DNA of 41,272 nucleotides from Paramecium tetraurelia (GCA_000165425.1 CT868196.1:496001-537272), one strand, 5' to 3'. Positions 12,158 to 26,543 are shown, counted from the stretch's first letter. Program-made: numbers and translations. Notes: generated from the letters alone by a model not told the origin.

Positions 12158-13265
12158 TCAAAATTATTGTATATCAAATATTAATTTATCTATCACGATA
12201 AAGTTCTTCTTTGTAGTCGTTAAAGCAATTCCTTTATTATTAACATATTTTTAAAGACTATTGTTATGACTCAATTGTGTGTAATATTCTCTTTAGAACA
12301 ATTTTCTATCCAGAATGCTTCTATTAATAGGACCTAATGGCTCACTATCTCTTTTGACATGCCCCCATAAGTGTTTATTTTTGATTAAAACATCCTTCAC
12401 TTTAATGGGATTAAATGTCAACTCTTTTGGTTCTACCAATTTGTTTAATTCGAATTCTTCTTCACTGTCAGTATCGATCTTTCCCAAACTTTGTTATTGT
12501 TTGATCTTAAAATCAAAGAGTTTTTTTGCTTAGATCCTAATTTAATCTGTATTGGACAGCTATTCGCCATCCATAAATTTTTAATGAAAGGCTTTGGCGA
12601 GTTGAGATTCTTATTTATAGTAATAGATCTTGCTGATCAATTCGTATGCATTCAATTCGTATTCATATTCTTTGAAACATAATGCATATTTGAGGAATTT
12701 CTTACTATAATTTAAAGACCTTCTTAGATCACATTCCAAAAGATGTAGTTCTGATAGAAATTTATAGGCTATCATTTTATATTTAAATGACCTGTTGCCA
12801 TTGCAAAAGACTAAAAATTTTTACCAAACTTAGATTGCTTTTTAGAGTAAATTATTAATTTGTAATATAAAAGCAAAAGCAAAGACTCCAATATTATAAA
12901 GATTGCCTATCCTTGTTTGCTTTAAGTATCTCTTGATTAGTTATTATATTATACTTTAAAATAAATGAGAATCTTTCCTCGATATCAGCAGGATCAGTAT
13001 AATCAATTTGTTAGATTAATTTAACAGCTTATTATCTTCTATTGATGTAAGGGGAATTATCATCATCAAGAAGTTTGAACATTCTCTTCTCATCCTTTAA
13101 GAAATCATAGTCGTCCTAGAAGACCCACGGTTTCTTTTTTTTTGAGATAGAGGGTAGACTGATTTAGGAGATGCTTCTAATACTTACCATAGTTGATTCA
13201 TCATTTTTTTATTAGGTTCTCGAACCTTTAACGTTTGGAGAACAACAGTAGATACTAAACTTCAT
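12158..13265 (-). CDS. Hypothetical TPR-like helical-repeat protein
   Basis: ATG 13265, one intron 12954-12930, TGA 12160-12158. Central helical pairs YKMIAYKFLSELHL...SLNYSKKFLKYALCFKEYEYELNAYELISKIYYY...AKAFHQKF resemble TPR repeats. Includes supplied ORF 12293..12487. Confidence 0.7.
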
Positions 13266-13437
13266 TAAAATATAACAAATAATAATAAATAAATTGTCTT
13301 AAGAAACTATTCTAATAGCAATATTAAATGTACATAACCCTTGTGTGAAATAAATGAGTATCCTGATTGCTTATATAATTTAGATAAAATTGACAATTAA
13401 GTAATGTTTATTAAAGCAAATACTTTAAATTTAAGAA

Positions 13438-14692
13438 TCACTCTTATTAAACTAATTTTCCTTTTTCCCACACTCCAACTATTTCCATCCCATCAGCTTC
13501 AATTAACACTCCTTTTCCATGTTGTTTTCCATTATGCCAAGCTCCTTTGTAGGTTTTCCCATCGGCAAAGGAGAAAACACCATAACCTTCCTTCTTATCC
13601 TCTTTATAATCGCCGACATATTTATTTCCATTCACCCAAATAAACGTACCTTTCCCATACATTTAATCCTTAGCCCATTCTCCAGTATAGACCTAACCGT
13701 CTGGCCATTTGTAGGTGCCAAATCCATCGATCTAATCTTTGAAATAGTGTCCCTCATAGCAGTTTCCATTTGACCAAATATATTTCCCATTGCCATGTTT
13801 CATACCTCCCTAATATTGACCGGAATAAGTGTCTCCAGACACCCATTTTTCTGTTCCTTGACCATCTTTCTCATCATCCTTCCATTCTCCTTCATACAAA
13901 TTTCCTTCTGAATCTACATTTTTACCAAATCCGCATTATAAGTCATCTAGCCAATCTCCTTCCTGAAATAAATGGATTATTAATGAATACATAATAGGAA
14001 CCATCGGAACGAATCAACCTTCCTTTACCATTGGCCCCATGGTTCTACCAATACCCTTCATAATAAGTTCCATCTGGCCAATATTAACGTCCTTTGCCTT
14101 GCTTTTATTTATTTCTCCATTGTCCAACATATATAATCCCTGTGCTAATGAATTACTAGTTTGCATAGTGAATACAATTACATGAGGTGGTAATGAGATG
14201 CAATCATTGAATTTTTTGTTCAAATCAGGATCATATTGAAAGGGAGGGAGAGATTTTAATACTTTGTCTACCTTTGGGTTTGTTATATCTGGTTCTTTGA
14301 CCTATATTGCTATATCTGAATCTGGGGCGTCGTTATTTTTAAAAAGGTAGCTGTCTGACTCTTATTAGAGAAAGCGGTGCTTTAAGGGTTCAACTTTAGT
14401 AAGGTCGTTCTTGCTAAGCATTGACTTATCGTTTAAATCAGATCTTGGTGAAGTAAACTAAATAAGGATTAGCATTTACTCCACTATTTATAAGAGGTTT
14501 GGATGAGTTTTCTTTGATTTGTATCTGGTTAGTTTGTTATTAGTGTTATTATTGTTATTGAGATTCTGAAGCTCGACGTTGCGTGTTTTATTGTGACGAC
14601 AAATTTGTGCTTTATGATTATCGAGATTAGATTTGTCGTTGTTATTGTTATCTCTGAGGATGTGGCTGCTTTTTAATACATGCTGAACCCAT
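13438..14692 (-). CDS. MORN-repeat protein with MGSAC N-terminus and Gln-rich linker, 3 introns
   Basis: ATG 14692, repeated YxGxW...GxG MORN units ([42 protein letters not shown]), TGA 13440-13438. Confidence 0.92.
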
Positions 14693-14736
14693 TCCGAATT
14701 TTAATTTATATATATTTATAGTATTTTAACTAAATA

Positions 14737-15684
14737 TCATCTGATGTACTGATTCTCATCCTTGGCTTAACTTGATTGCATCCTTGATTGATTCATCCTG
14801 GATTGTTACATAATAGCTACAAATTCTAAACCATTATCATACATTAAGTTTTACTAGTCTTGTCTAGTCTGGTTATTTCTTGGGTTTATTGGCTTTCAAG
14901 TTCTTTTCTCACATTTTGATATTTTTAAAGTAACCTAAAATATAATCTACAAAATCACTTTTCTAATTCTTGAGATCGAATTTTTCTTTATTCTTCTTAT
15001 CCGCTCAATATTCTCTATGTCAGAGCATTCAACTCATTGATTTATTTCTATCTCAATTGTGTAATCAGATTTCTTATCTTCTATTACCTACATGAGGTCC
15101 ACTTCTCATATTCGTCTCTTTCTTATGCCTAAATTCGAGATTGAATCATATGAGCCTCCAAATAACTAAATGCATAACACATTTTAAATACTTCTCTTAT
15201 TTAGCCAATTATTCTTCAGTCTTTCTCAAACCCAAAAGCTCAGCTGAATCCTTGGGTTTTACTGGAAGTGAATTCTCCAATTCTTCAGAAAATTATCTTA
15301 GTTCATCCTCGTGTCTTTGAAGTGTTTATTCCTTCACCTTTTGAGCCTCGTTATCAAACTCTGTCATTTTTTCATCCCAAAATGAATTAAATTAATTAAA
15401 TTCCTCAAGATGTGCTTTCTCAATCTCTTATTTCTCTGAACAATGTCTATCCTTGACATCTCCTTTGTTTTTTAATTCTAATTCCTTCTTTAATTCCGCC
15501 AATCTTTTTTTGGCCTAATCTGCTTCCAAATACTTTCCAGCCTTCTCACAACTCTTTTAATGATCATATAATATTTGACTACTATCAATATTATTTATTA
15601 CATATATTCTTCCAAATCTCCTTATTACACAGGAAGATTATTAGTGCCTTTCCTTGATGAAGTAGGTCTTTAAAATTAACTCAT
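14737..15684 (-). CDS. Uncharacterised coiled-coil protein, 4 introns
   Basis: ATG 15684, continuous spliced frame (LYDHQKSCEKAGKYLEADQAKKRLAELKK...EEFNQFNSFWDEKM...SAELLGLRKTEEQLAKQENYLEAHMIQ...LLQKYQNVRKELE), TGA 14739-14737. Confidence 0.85.
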
Positions 15685-15885
15685 TATTGCAGAAAATTAG
15701 ATTTTTAATATTAACGTTAAGAATTAATTTCTGCATTTATATACATATATAGTTGAAATCATTATATTTCTAAAAAGATACTTTAATTATTAGATTTATA
15801 CGAAATTTTAAATCAGCATAGCATCATAATTTATGAATATCATATTAAATAATCATGTATTTTGTATCAAAAAAATTCAAATAAG

Positions 15886-16236
15886 ATGAATTATAAAAAA
15901 AAACCTTTCCAGACCTTAAATAATTTAGATGTTTAACAATTTAGATAGTTTATTCTAAAGGAAAAAGTTTATAAAGTATATTCTTCTCAAAAATTGCATT
16001 TAAAATCTAAACTAAAGCTTTCCTCTGACACTAATCTTAAATAAGATATTAATTTTCATATATATAATGAATTAGTCAAGTTAATTAACAAATGTTATGA
16101 ATTTTAAACAAGCTACCAAAATTCTGCCTTCTATAAATCAAATTCAAGGTTGCTTAAACAAACCATAAAAGATGAACTTAAGAAAAAATTATATCAACTT
16201 TTTAACAATAATTGCAATTGCAGTTCTGATAAATGA
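15886..16236 (+). CDS. Possible small basic hypothetical protein (116 aa)
   Basis: ATG..TGA frame of 117 codons in an otherwise unexplained ~1 kb gap. No motif or intron support, and long frames can arise by chance with a single stop codon. Confidence 0.3.
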
Positions 16237-16739
16237 GTTAAAAATTAGATCTTAAATTTAATGAGAAAATAAATAGATAATTATTCAAAGTATAAATAAA
16301 GATATCAATGTTAATTTTATTCCCTCTTAATAACGATCCAAATAATAAATAAGATAATTATAAATAATATTAATAGGAGATACCTATGGTAGTACTCGCA
16401 CAGCCTTAAACTGTGGATTAGAATGAATATTGAAAATTAGGGATCAATTCTTGAATGGTTTTTGGATTAAAATAATTTTTATTTTTTATAATATTTGTTA
16501 TTACAAAAATGAATAAATTAGTTTTCAAATATGGCCTTATTGAGTTATTCTATATTTGGAAATTGGAATCTACAATTTGAATTAAGAATCCAAAAATAAT
16601 TTAATTAATTTAATGATGAGCAATTCCAAAATAAATTTCATCAATTACTATTAAGAGATCATTCTTTGGATTTGAGATAAGTTATCATTACAAATAAATT
16701 TATTTTCAATTGCAACTAATTAATATTTATTTCTCATAA

Positions 16740-17928
16740 ATGGGATAAACTTGTACAATGAACACATGTTGTAAGAAGGAAGAGATTTATACTTTACGAA
16801 ATTCGGCATTATCTCTCGATATCTAAATTAAAAAGTCAAAACATTCCCAATAAATCAATAAAGAATAGGAAAAAGTGGAGGATAAAAAGTAAAAAAAGAA
16901 AAGTGATACTGTTTCTGATTTAATGGTTTCCTCATAACATAGTAAGGTGTCAATAAAGCAAATCGAAAAGAATCTTCCTATTCAAAATCAAGATGCAAAC
17001 TAAAATCCTCTAATAAAAAAGAGTATGGCAACTAATGAGAGAATTAAGCTTCCAGTAAAAATGTAAAGTTTAACTAGTTAATATTCTTGCCAAATGGCTC
17101 ATCTTATGAGGGAGAATGGCTTCAAGGGAAGAGAGACGGTTATGGTAAATAATCTTGGCCAGATGGGTCAATTTATGAAGGAGAATGGAAAGATGATAAA
17201 TCTTGCGGAAAAGTAAAATGAAATATAATTAAAAATAGGGAAAATTAGTTCATGCTGACGGAGATGTGTATGAAGGAGATTGGGTTGATGATGCTACAAA
17301 TGGATTAGGCACCTATGTTCATGTGAACGGAGCAAAATATCAAGGAGAGGTAAAGGATTTAACACATTAGAAAGTGGTTAAACGATAGTTAACATGGAAG
17401 AGGAATAGAGACTTGGCCAGACGGAGCCAGATATGAAGGAGATTATTAGTTTGGGAAGAAGCACGGTAAAGGGAAATTGAATTTTGCTGATGGTTCTTTT
17501 TATCAAGGTAGGCCTAGGATATTATATTTAGGTGAATTTAAAAATAATGAAATCTAAGGTGTTGGAAATTATCAATGGTCAGATGGGAGGTAGTATGTTG
17601 GATAATGGAGTAAAAATAAAATGCATGGCAAGGGAGAAATAAAGTGGTCAGATGGGCGACAATATACTGGAGTATTTTAGTGTTAATAAGCTAGGAATAT
17701 GAAAACGATAAGAAACATGGCAAAGGAGTGTTTATTTGGTAAGATGGAAGGAAATATATTGGAATTTGGTAGGGAGGCAAATAACAAGGAGTTGGAATTT
17801 ATTATTCGACTGATAATGTAATGAGAATTGGAGAGTGGATAGAAGGAAAGAGAGTTAGATGGTATAATAAGGAAGAGATAAATGAATTGGAAAGAAAAGG
17901 TGTTCTCGACGAACTGAGAAATTAATGA
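16740..17928 (+). CDS. MORN-repeat protein with MGQTC..CC N-terminus, 5 introns
   Basis: ATG 16740, MORN units [42 protein letters not shown] and others, TGA 17926-17928. Confidence 0.93.
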
Positions 17929-17955
17929 TTATATATTTATATTTAACTACATTAC

Positions 17956-19702
17956 TCATTTGAACTTATTTAATAAAGTTTATATGTCAATACTTTTCCT
18001 ATCAGTCGGATCAAAAATTTATTCTCTGTTTTATTTGTGTTTTTTGGCTGCTCTTAAGGGATTTCCTGCAAAGGCTTCATCTAATCCAACTAATTCTGAG
18101 ATGGGATCAGGCTAGTTTATATATGAAATCGTTTACAGTAAATGATTGTTAAACCTAGGCAGTTTATGGTCGCTTTAATTTTGACTTTTCCAAAGGCTTT
18201 TATTTGATAGACAAACTTAATAATCTATTTTCATCAGGTTCTTCGAGGAGATCCTTGTCTAGTTAATATTTAACCTTTTCTTCTAAATCCTTCAACTCCT
18301 CTACTTTAATGAGCTAAGAGTGATTAATTTAAAAATACGTCAAATTTAGAGTCCATCATTTCTGCTATATCGTAAAGTTATTTAATTTGACTTGTCTCTG
18401 AAAATATCTAGGATTCTGTTGGTATATCATTTTCGTCAATGTAGATTTCAGTAGCTGGTAGTTTTTCATATAGTTTATCCCTTAATTAATCATCTCTGAT
18501 TATTGGATTTGAACTAATTATCAATTATTGTAAATTTAAGGATTCTAAATAATCAATTTGGGATTCGTCAGCCAATTCATTACCTTCAATGTCCAAAATG
18601 GATATCTTTTCATGAAATGCTAACGGACTTATATCTTTGATATTATTAAAAGAACAATAAAATTCTAATAAATTTGGCATACTCATAATTCCTAAAAGTA
18701 CGATTAAATATAATAGTTGTACCAGAGATATCAGTTAATTTTGAATTGCTAATCCATAGAATTTGTAAGTTTCTCAATTTAGTTCCTAACAATCTCAACG
18801 ATTCAACCTAGGAGTGATTCAATTTAAGTTCTTGTAAATTTGATAAGTATTCTCCTAACATATATAATGAATCATTCATAGTATTGAATCTAAATTAAAT
18901 GGATGTGATTTATTCAAACTAATTCTAGGTTTAATTTGTTAGATATATGTACTTCATTCTTTTTCGTAATTTCTTATAAAGTATCTATGTCCATAGTATC
19001 GTATATTGTGTCATCGATTTTTCTTTTGGCAATTTAGAATTGAAATACAGGTTCAGATACTGGAGATTCTTAATTTTTAATTAGAGATAATTTCTTTGTT
19101 TCGACTTCTTCATCTTTTTTGATTTCAATTTTTTTTCCATGTAATGAGGATCTTCTAATTATTGAAGGCTTCGTTACTAAAGAGTTATTGAGACTTTATT
19201 CTTGATTTTGTAGGATAGACTTTTCTTCATCCTATTGTTGCTATTTTGTAGATGACAACCTTTTTAATGCGAAAATAGGGGGTTTTTATTCTTTGGTTTC
19301 TATTGATAATTGTTCTGTATTCTTTTAGAGTTTTTTAATCATTAAAGGTCTTGTAGGTTAGGCAGATGTAATTCTGTTTGTTATAATGGATTGCTTTAGT
19401 TGGGAAACCTTACTTTAATCTAATAATTTAGAAGAATTAATAGAAGAAGGAGGCTTAGATGAATTCGGTGTTCCCGTCTCTTTATAGAAATTGGATGTAG
19501 CAGTGGACATTGCATCGAGTTTACTTTTCTTCATGTTTTCTTGCCTATCGCCAACCTGTCTTACTCTAAAATTTCCCTTATAGTCATCACTGATGAATTC
19601 TTCTGGAGCAACTTTCCTACTTTTCTCTTCTTAATATTTTTGAACAAAACTTTGTGCTAATGACTCCTCTAGTCTATCTAATAATTTTTAGTTTAATTTC
19701 AT
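17956..19702 (-). CDS. LRRC56: Leucine-rich repeat protein LRRC56/ODA8-like (outer dynein arm maturation/transport), 4 introns
   Basis: SLYMLGEYLSNLQELKLNHSQVESLRLLGTKLRNLQILWISNSKLTDISGIMSMPNLLEFYCSFNNIKDISPL...ILDIEGNEL and C-terminal SELVGLDEAFAGNPLRAAK follow the LRRC56 pattern. ATG 19702, TGA 17958-17956. Confidence 0.82.
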
Positions 19703-19766
19703 TCAAATTTTATTATTTACACTAACAAGTTTCATTTATATAATTATTTTATTAACTGCCACTCAC

Positions 19767-20926
19767 ATGAGTTAATTAACAACAAACAAAGGAAATATCT
19801 ATGATGAAAATGCCATGACAGATTAAAAAGGGAAGATCAAATCATAAACTTTATAAGTCTTTGTATCACCAAATGAGCAACCGACACTTTTGAGTTAGAA
19901 TTTTGTATATGATGGATTCAATACTCCAAAAGTATGAATAAAATACTATTTAGATCCCATGTTTGTATCATAAGGGGAATATTTTAACCAACTTTTGTTC
20001 ATGCATTCACTGTTTGCTTCCATTATGTCCACAATGTGTAGAAGAGCATATTATAAAACATAAGGTAGAATAGACTGCAAATAAAATTGAATGTTTAGAA
20101 AATGTCCTTAATACTGTGTATAAAAATATTGTTCAAGAAAGTTTAAATATAATCCTAATTTAAATAGCTAATTTCTTTGCCAAAAGTTACTTTGATTTGA
20201 AAAACAATGTAGATAGTATGACTTTTGCAACTGATAATACAATCAATAAATTACTTGATATTTAAACTCGTATAATTAGAGTCGTAGAACAATTCTTCAA
20301 GTCTTTGATTAATGATGTTCAAAATAAGCAAAAAAAGAATTAATAAAATTAAGAGAAGGATGCTGAATCACTCAAACAGTTGGTATCATTTGTAAATGAT
20401 TTTCTAGGTGTAATAAAGATGGTCATCCCATGTTACATTTTTGGAAACTTTGAATTCTGAAAGTAGTATGACATCAGTCATTCAATTTTTTGGTACATCT
20501 TTAATTGAAGACAATCAGAAATATTTCAATATCTTGGATGAATACTCAAACAGATTTGAATAGATTACATCAGACATCATTTTCCATTAAGAAAAAGCGT
20601 AATTCATAATGATTATATCGTATAGAATAGAAATTGCTGCTCATTTAAGTCACATAATCAAGATTAGACATAATGATGTACCAGAATTCATTAAAATCCA
20701 CACTCTACCAAGTCCTAATATTTCAGATGCTGTCTCCTTCCATTCCAAGGCTCCTAGTCATATCAAACCTTCATAACCCCTATACCCATCAATCTAGTAG
20801 TCAGCCTTCACTCCCCCCTAACATGTCATCACAGGAGCCACGAGAATACTCGACAGTGGCACATTTTACACAGACAAACGTTACACAGACTCATTGAATA
20901 GGCTTCCATAGTATTAAATGAGATGA
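19767..20926 (+). CDS. B-box-type zinc finger plus coiled-coil protein, 4 introns
   Basis: IPCLYHKGNILTNFCSCIHCLLPLCPQCVEEHIIKH fits a B-box Cys/His pattern, followed by a helical region and a Pro/Ser-rich tail. TGA 20924-20926. Confidence 0.82.
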
Positions 20927-21015
20927 TGAATTTTTCATATGTAACATAAGACTATACTTATTTACATCTTATTAATAATTAATTATTGGTTATAATATTC
21001 ATTTCTAATTAATTT

Positions 21016-24000
21016 ATGAAGAAAAATGTTGGAAGTTCTAGTACTCCAAATTCTAAAAAGAAATTGACTATGGATTTTTAATAGGATTAATCCTAATAAT
21101 AACCATAAACTAGTTAATTCATTTCAATAGAAGATCAATCTCAAGGGGATTAGCCTAAAGTAAAAAGTCTATTAATTAAAATAGAATGATGAATCCATAA
21201 TTAACAATGATTTTACTTAAGCTTGCAGCACTAACTTAGTCTAATAAGAAAATCAAGACAATTTAGATAATCAAATGGGAGATACAAATGATGATGATGC
21301 TAAAATTAATGCAGATTCAAATATTGTAAATTCTGGCGAAACAGATAAATTAAATCTAATTAACCATCAAATTGAAAATAATCTAATCAATGAGATTTCA
21401 TAAAATGAATCAATCGTTGTGCAAAATTAAAATCCAGATTAATATTAAAATCTAAAATAAGAAAGTATTTAACATAATTATAACAGAAAGTCAATATTTT
21501 AATCCCCTAGAAAACGAAGATACAATTCAACAGACCAAGAAAGAAAGACAGTAATTTAGTAATAAAAAAAAAATCACTATTGAAATAAATAATGACGAAA
21601 TTGATATTTACAAATAAGATATTGATTCGGCATAGTAAATTAATTCCTAACTCTCTTTGAGACTGCAATAAGAATAAACCAATAATTTAGTATAATAATA
21701 AGATATAGAAGGTAGTTTAGAAGATAATCAAGAATAGAAGTTAATCCAACTAGAAGATATTATCGAAAATGACCTGAAAATGTAAACTTAAATTGCAGAA
21801 GGTGATAGGTAAGATGTAGAAGTGGATAATTGCGATAAAACAGAAGAAAATAACTGCCAAGAATCAATTGAAGAGGATACTAAAAATGTAAATACTTAAA
21901 TCATTTCTGAATAATTACGATAAATAGAAAAGGGATCATCAGAGCAGGGTGAACATTTACCTGATTTGAGCTAAGAAATAAAATAGGATAATTAAGAAGT
22001 AGAATAATAATAATCAAATTAAATATAGATAGAGGATTATTAGAATATTTCTGAGGAGGAGCTTTAGTAGAATTGTTTTAAAAGGGAAAACTCTTTTGAA
22101 AATGAAAAAAAAGGAGAATTAGAATAATTAGACGAATTAATTAATGAAGATGCATCGTAAGAGATTGTAAAGGCTAAAACTGATGAAGCAAGCATTAATT
22201 AACAAGAGAACAACGAAATTAAAGAAGATAATGAATCTAAATCTTCTGATAAAATTATATAAGAAACACAAAAATCTATAGAATAGCCTAATCTATTAGA
22301 AGATGATACAGAAATGAAATAAGAAAGTTAAGATAGAGTTTAAGAATCTTAGTGTAATAAAAAGGAATTAACAACGGAAGTTGAGGATAACAAATAATCT
22401 TAAAATTAAGATAAGGATGAATAACATAATTAGGATGAAAATTAAGAAAATAGTTAATGTGAAATTTAATAAAATAGTTAAAGTGAGGATGAATAAAATA
22501 AATAGGATGAATACAAGGGAAATAGTTAAGGTGAAGAGGAATAAAAATATAGTTAAAATGAAAATAGACTCAATAGTTCAGATGATAAATAATTCTAATT
22601 CGCTGATTCAACAGATTAGAAAAAATCTATTAGAGAAAGCAATCTTTAAATTATTTAGGTTGATGAAGAAAACAGAGAAGAAAATTAAATTGAGATTAAT
22701 GAAGATTAAGGAGAAAGCAATCTATCAAAAATTAATGAAGTATGTTTATATGATAATTTATTATCATAAGAGGATGATCCTTCAAAAGAAGTTTAGTAGG
22801 ATGAAGAAATTATCATTTAAGCATAATTTGAATAATTGTAATTGAGTGAAAATTTAATATAATCATAAACTAAATAAGAAGAAGAATAATAGCAAATCAT
22901 AGTTAAAAATGAGGAGGAAGAAATCTTTGATAAGATCAATAACTTAGAATATTAAGATAAGGATATTAGGGTCTTAATTGAGGATCAAAATATCTTATTA
23001 GACAAATAGGAATCAAATTATTAAGAAATTTTTTCATAAAAAGAGTTTTATTAAGAAAGCTAATAGGAAGTAGAAAAAACAAATTTAAATAATAATTCTA
23101 ATTAATAACACTCAGATAATTCAGAAGATATATGTGAATAGCTACAGAAACTAACAATATAGGACATTGAGAGTGAGAATGAGTAAGAAATTGATTTAAA
23201 TAATAATCATATTTAATAATAAGTGAACTTAGAGGATATTGAAACAAACAAATAATGTATCTTCTAAGAAGATGTTAACCTGCAACTTGAGTAAACAAAG
23301 CTACAAAGCGAAAATAATTAAGAGGAACATTAAGAACCAACTTAATGTGAAGAAGATTAAGGATTTTGTAATAAAGAAATAATTGAAGCAGAGAATAGTC
23401 CAAAAATAGAATAAAAGACAGTAATGCTCAATTTAAATTGCAATGATGAAGAAATGGAATAAATATAATAATAAGCTAAAAATGTTTTTTAACCATAAAT
23501 TAATAATTTTTCTTAATAAAACGAAAAAATGGATTAGGACATCGAGTAGACTGAAGATCATTAGATGAACTCAAACTCCTAACAAAATGAAGAGGGAACC
23601 CTAAGCAAAAATTAATAAGATTCAGACCTTACAAATGACTTAATTAATAATCAGCCTGAATCAAACCAAAAAAAATAATCCATTAAATTAATTGACCATT
23701 CCGAACAAAACAAAGACTCTTAGTAAGAGGAAAACATTTTGAAATCACAGAAACACGAAGAAAAATAAGGAGATGAGCGTCAGAATGTAACATTTTCTTC
23801 TCAAAAAAAAAGTGATTCATAAAAAGAAGGTTACTTTCTTTCTCAAAGCAAAATCCAATTTTATGAGGATTCTTTAAATTAGAATCAATTTAATACTAGC
23901 TTATCACAAAATCAAAAAGAATACAATTCTTCAAAAAGTAACGATCAGACTAATTTTGATTTGGGACATGCAGAATAATATAGGGATACTTATTTCAATT

Positions 24001-24917
24001 AAAACTCAGACGATTTACAAGAGTAGAGGAAATAAAAGATAAGAGACTTAAAATAATAAATTGATTAGGCTGAAAGCGAAATCATAGAGAAAGATTAAGA
24101 AATATAATAAAATTAAGAAATGATTACTAATTTTGAAACCTTTGTTTTGGGAAATACCAATCCTGAAGAGTTTGAGAAGATTATATTGTCCGAAAGGAAT
24201 TTCGAAACCGAAAATTTATTGATTACCCTTTTGATTAATAAATTAAGAGAATTTATACAAGAATTTTAAAATTCAATCATTGATTTAATAAATAGATTTG
24301 ATGGTAAAACAGAAATAGAGAAAGATGAAGAATACGATAGAGATAGAGAAACAAAAGATCATGAAAAGCATTTACAAGTGATCTCTAATGAGTTCAAGAA
24401 ATTTAAACAAAAAAAACAATAAAAAAAGGAAATAAACGATAATAAAAATTAAGTTGTTATTTAAAATTTGGGTGAAGCTGATTAGAAAATAATCAATGAA
24501 GAACTCAATACACTCATTTTCAATATTATTGGATAAACAAAGTTGTTAAGGGATAGTTTGTAAAAGAATTGTTGTCTTCTTGTTAAATTCAATTGTGAAG
24601 TGTATAATGGTCTATAAGGAATGTCCAAAAACATCAAATAACTTGAATAAATTAGAAGGCTAACTAATTCAGTTAAATTAACAACTTAACACTACTAATC
24701 TATTATTAATGATTAAATTGATTTGTAAGAGGCTAAGGATGATAATAATCACATATTACTGTTAGATTTGTTGAAATAGCTAATACATAAACAAGAATAA
24801 GCATTTTAGTTTCAATAATTATTTACAAATTATTTATCTGAAAGGATTGATCTTGTTCATTAAAGCGAAGAAAATTTAAGGGAGGATATGGCTAAAAGAT
24901 TACAAACTTTCAATTGA
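21016..24917 (+). CDS. Large acidic Q/E/N/D-rich low-complexity protein with C-terminal coiled coil (~1280 aa), 2 introns
   Basis: ATG 21016, introns near 21160-21184 and 21465-21486, then one long frame rich in TAA/TAG/GAA/GAT ending TGA 24915-24917. Confidence 0.85.
22413..22560 (+). repeat. Degenerate intragenic tandem repeat (two ~70-nt units with AAATAGTTAA subunits)
   Basis: AGGATGAATAA..ATAA.TAGGATGAA..AAATAGTTAA.GTGAA..TAAAA..AGTTAAA occurs twice, encoding DEQHNQDENQENSQCE.. and DEQNKQDEYKGNSQGE.. Confidence 0.55.
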
Positions 24918-25064
24918 TATTAAATTATTAATATTTTTCACAAGCAAATCTTTATGATTCCTACTCTTGGTAATTATTAGAAATGCAAAGTTTTAATTCA
25001 TAAGTTTTTTAATATGGATTTCTATATTGAATTAATTTATTTAATTTATTATTAAATTTCTCAA

Positions 25065-26543
25065 ATGCTATATAGTCAAGACTTGAAAAACAAGGCATCT
25101 GCAGTTATATCTAACACAAATTTGGGATGGTAACACACCGGAATAATCTGTGATTGTCTCTAAGATCGATATGAGATTGAGATGAAGTATTCGAAAGCAA
25201 TTGAAAAATTGGCTACAAAATTGGCTCCCATCAATGAATTCTTCAGTGCTTCTTTTGGAATCAGGGCATAATTATCATCACAATTTGCTGAGGAAATAAA
25301 GGGAGAAATTGATATAATGAAATAATTAATAGTTACATAGAAAGCAACCTAGTATTTAGATTATGTGAAATTGTGGGATAGTCAATTATAATCAATAAAA
25401 TCAAATCTTAAAGCAGCAGAAGGATACCTCAAAAATAAGAAGAGAGAATATGAAATCGAGGGAACTTTGGAACTTGTATTTTCAGCCTGTCAACCAGAGA
25501 AACTAGAAAAATAGAAAAACAAGTATTATTAGATTCGATTTTTAGAGCTGCTGCATGTAAGAAGGATTACCAATAAGCAAAGGGGAATTACTTAGAATTA
25601 AAATAAGAAATGGAAATGTTGTTGAAAGAGCAAGAAGCAGAAGCAACCCTCGATCAACTCTAACAATTAAACTTATAGAGACTCAATGCAGTCAAGGATT
25701 GCATTCTAAAAATATTTGTCTATGAGTCTTCGATCGCGAAAAATCACTTATATGATTTAGAGAAGATGTCTGATGTAATTTTGTTTATTATTATATTAGA
25801 GACTTCATGATCAAGATTAAAATTAATTCATAGAGGATTTCATCAAAAAGACAAAGTAATAAGAAACTAATCCAATTGACTTAGACTCTTTTCTAACTAA
25901 ATTACTTGATAGTTAGGGCTAATAATAAATATACACGACTAACATCTACCCTATTGGGTTAGAAAAGACGGAAGAGCAAATTGAATAAGAAACAAAAGAA
26001 ATATAAGAATCACCTCAGAAATAAGAAGAATTTTTGAATTTCTTATCCCAAAAGTTCAATTCTAGTTTATTTCAATTAACTCTCCAGGAATTTATACAAT
26101 GCACTAATATATCGATTGGAATTTTGGATTTTGTAATGATATTGTTGATTATTTTAGTGTTATGAAAATAAAAATGCCATTTTGGCGCAGTAGTTACTTT
26201 AATTTAGTTTTGGACTATTTACAAAGGATATTCAAACTAGATATATGTAAGACATGCTTGTGAATCATCAAATATGGTAGCATCGTGATTATTGGGAGGC
26301 TGTTATTATAAATTAAATATCTAAGATAAAGAAAGGAACGAAAGAAAATGTCAATACAAGCATTTTAAGTATATTGACTTAAGTAGCCTAACACATGTTG
26401 ATGTTTAAATTATCGCCAGATTTAGTTAGGGACATTGTTTAAAAGTTTTCTTCATTTTTTAAATTAAACAAAGAAATAGCAGATGATCTCATTGTATAAT
26501 ATAATTTAATCTAAAATAGTAAGCCATAAACAGTTAAGTTTGA
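25065..26543 (+). CDS. F-BAR/FCH-like N-terminal domain fused to an SBF2-like helical C-terminal domain, 4 introns
   Basis: MLYSQDLKNK...LQDRYEIEMKYSKAIEKLA (FCH-like) and LDQLQQLNLQRLNAVKDCILK (F-BAR end). C-terminal LVNHQIWQHRDYWEAVI...LTQVAQHMLMFKLSPDLVRDIVQKF resembles the SBF1/SBF2 domain. TGA 26541-26543. Confidence 0.7.

Noticed and set aside
26180..26188. Second E2F-like sequence TTTTGGCGC
   Set aside because: It lies inside the F-BAR-like coding exon (ILAQ codons), far from any start.
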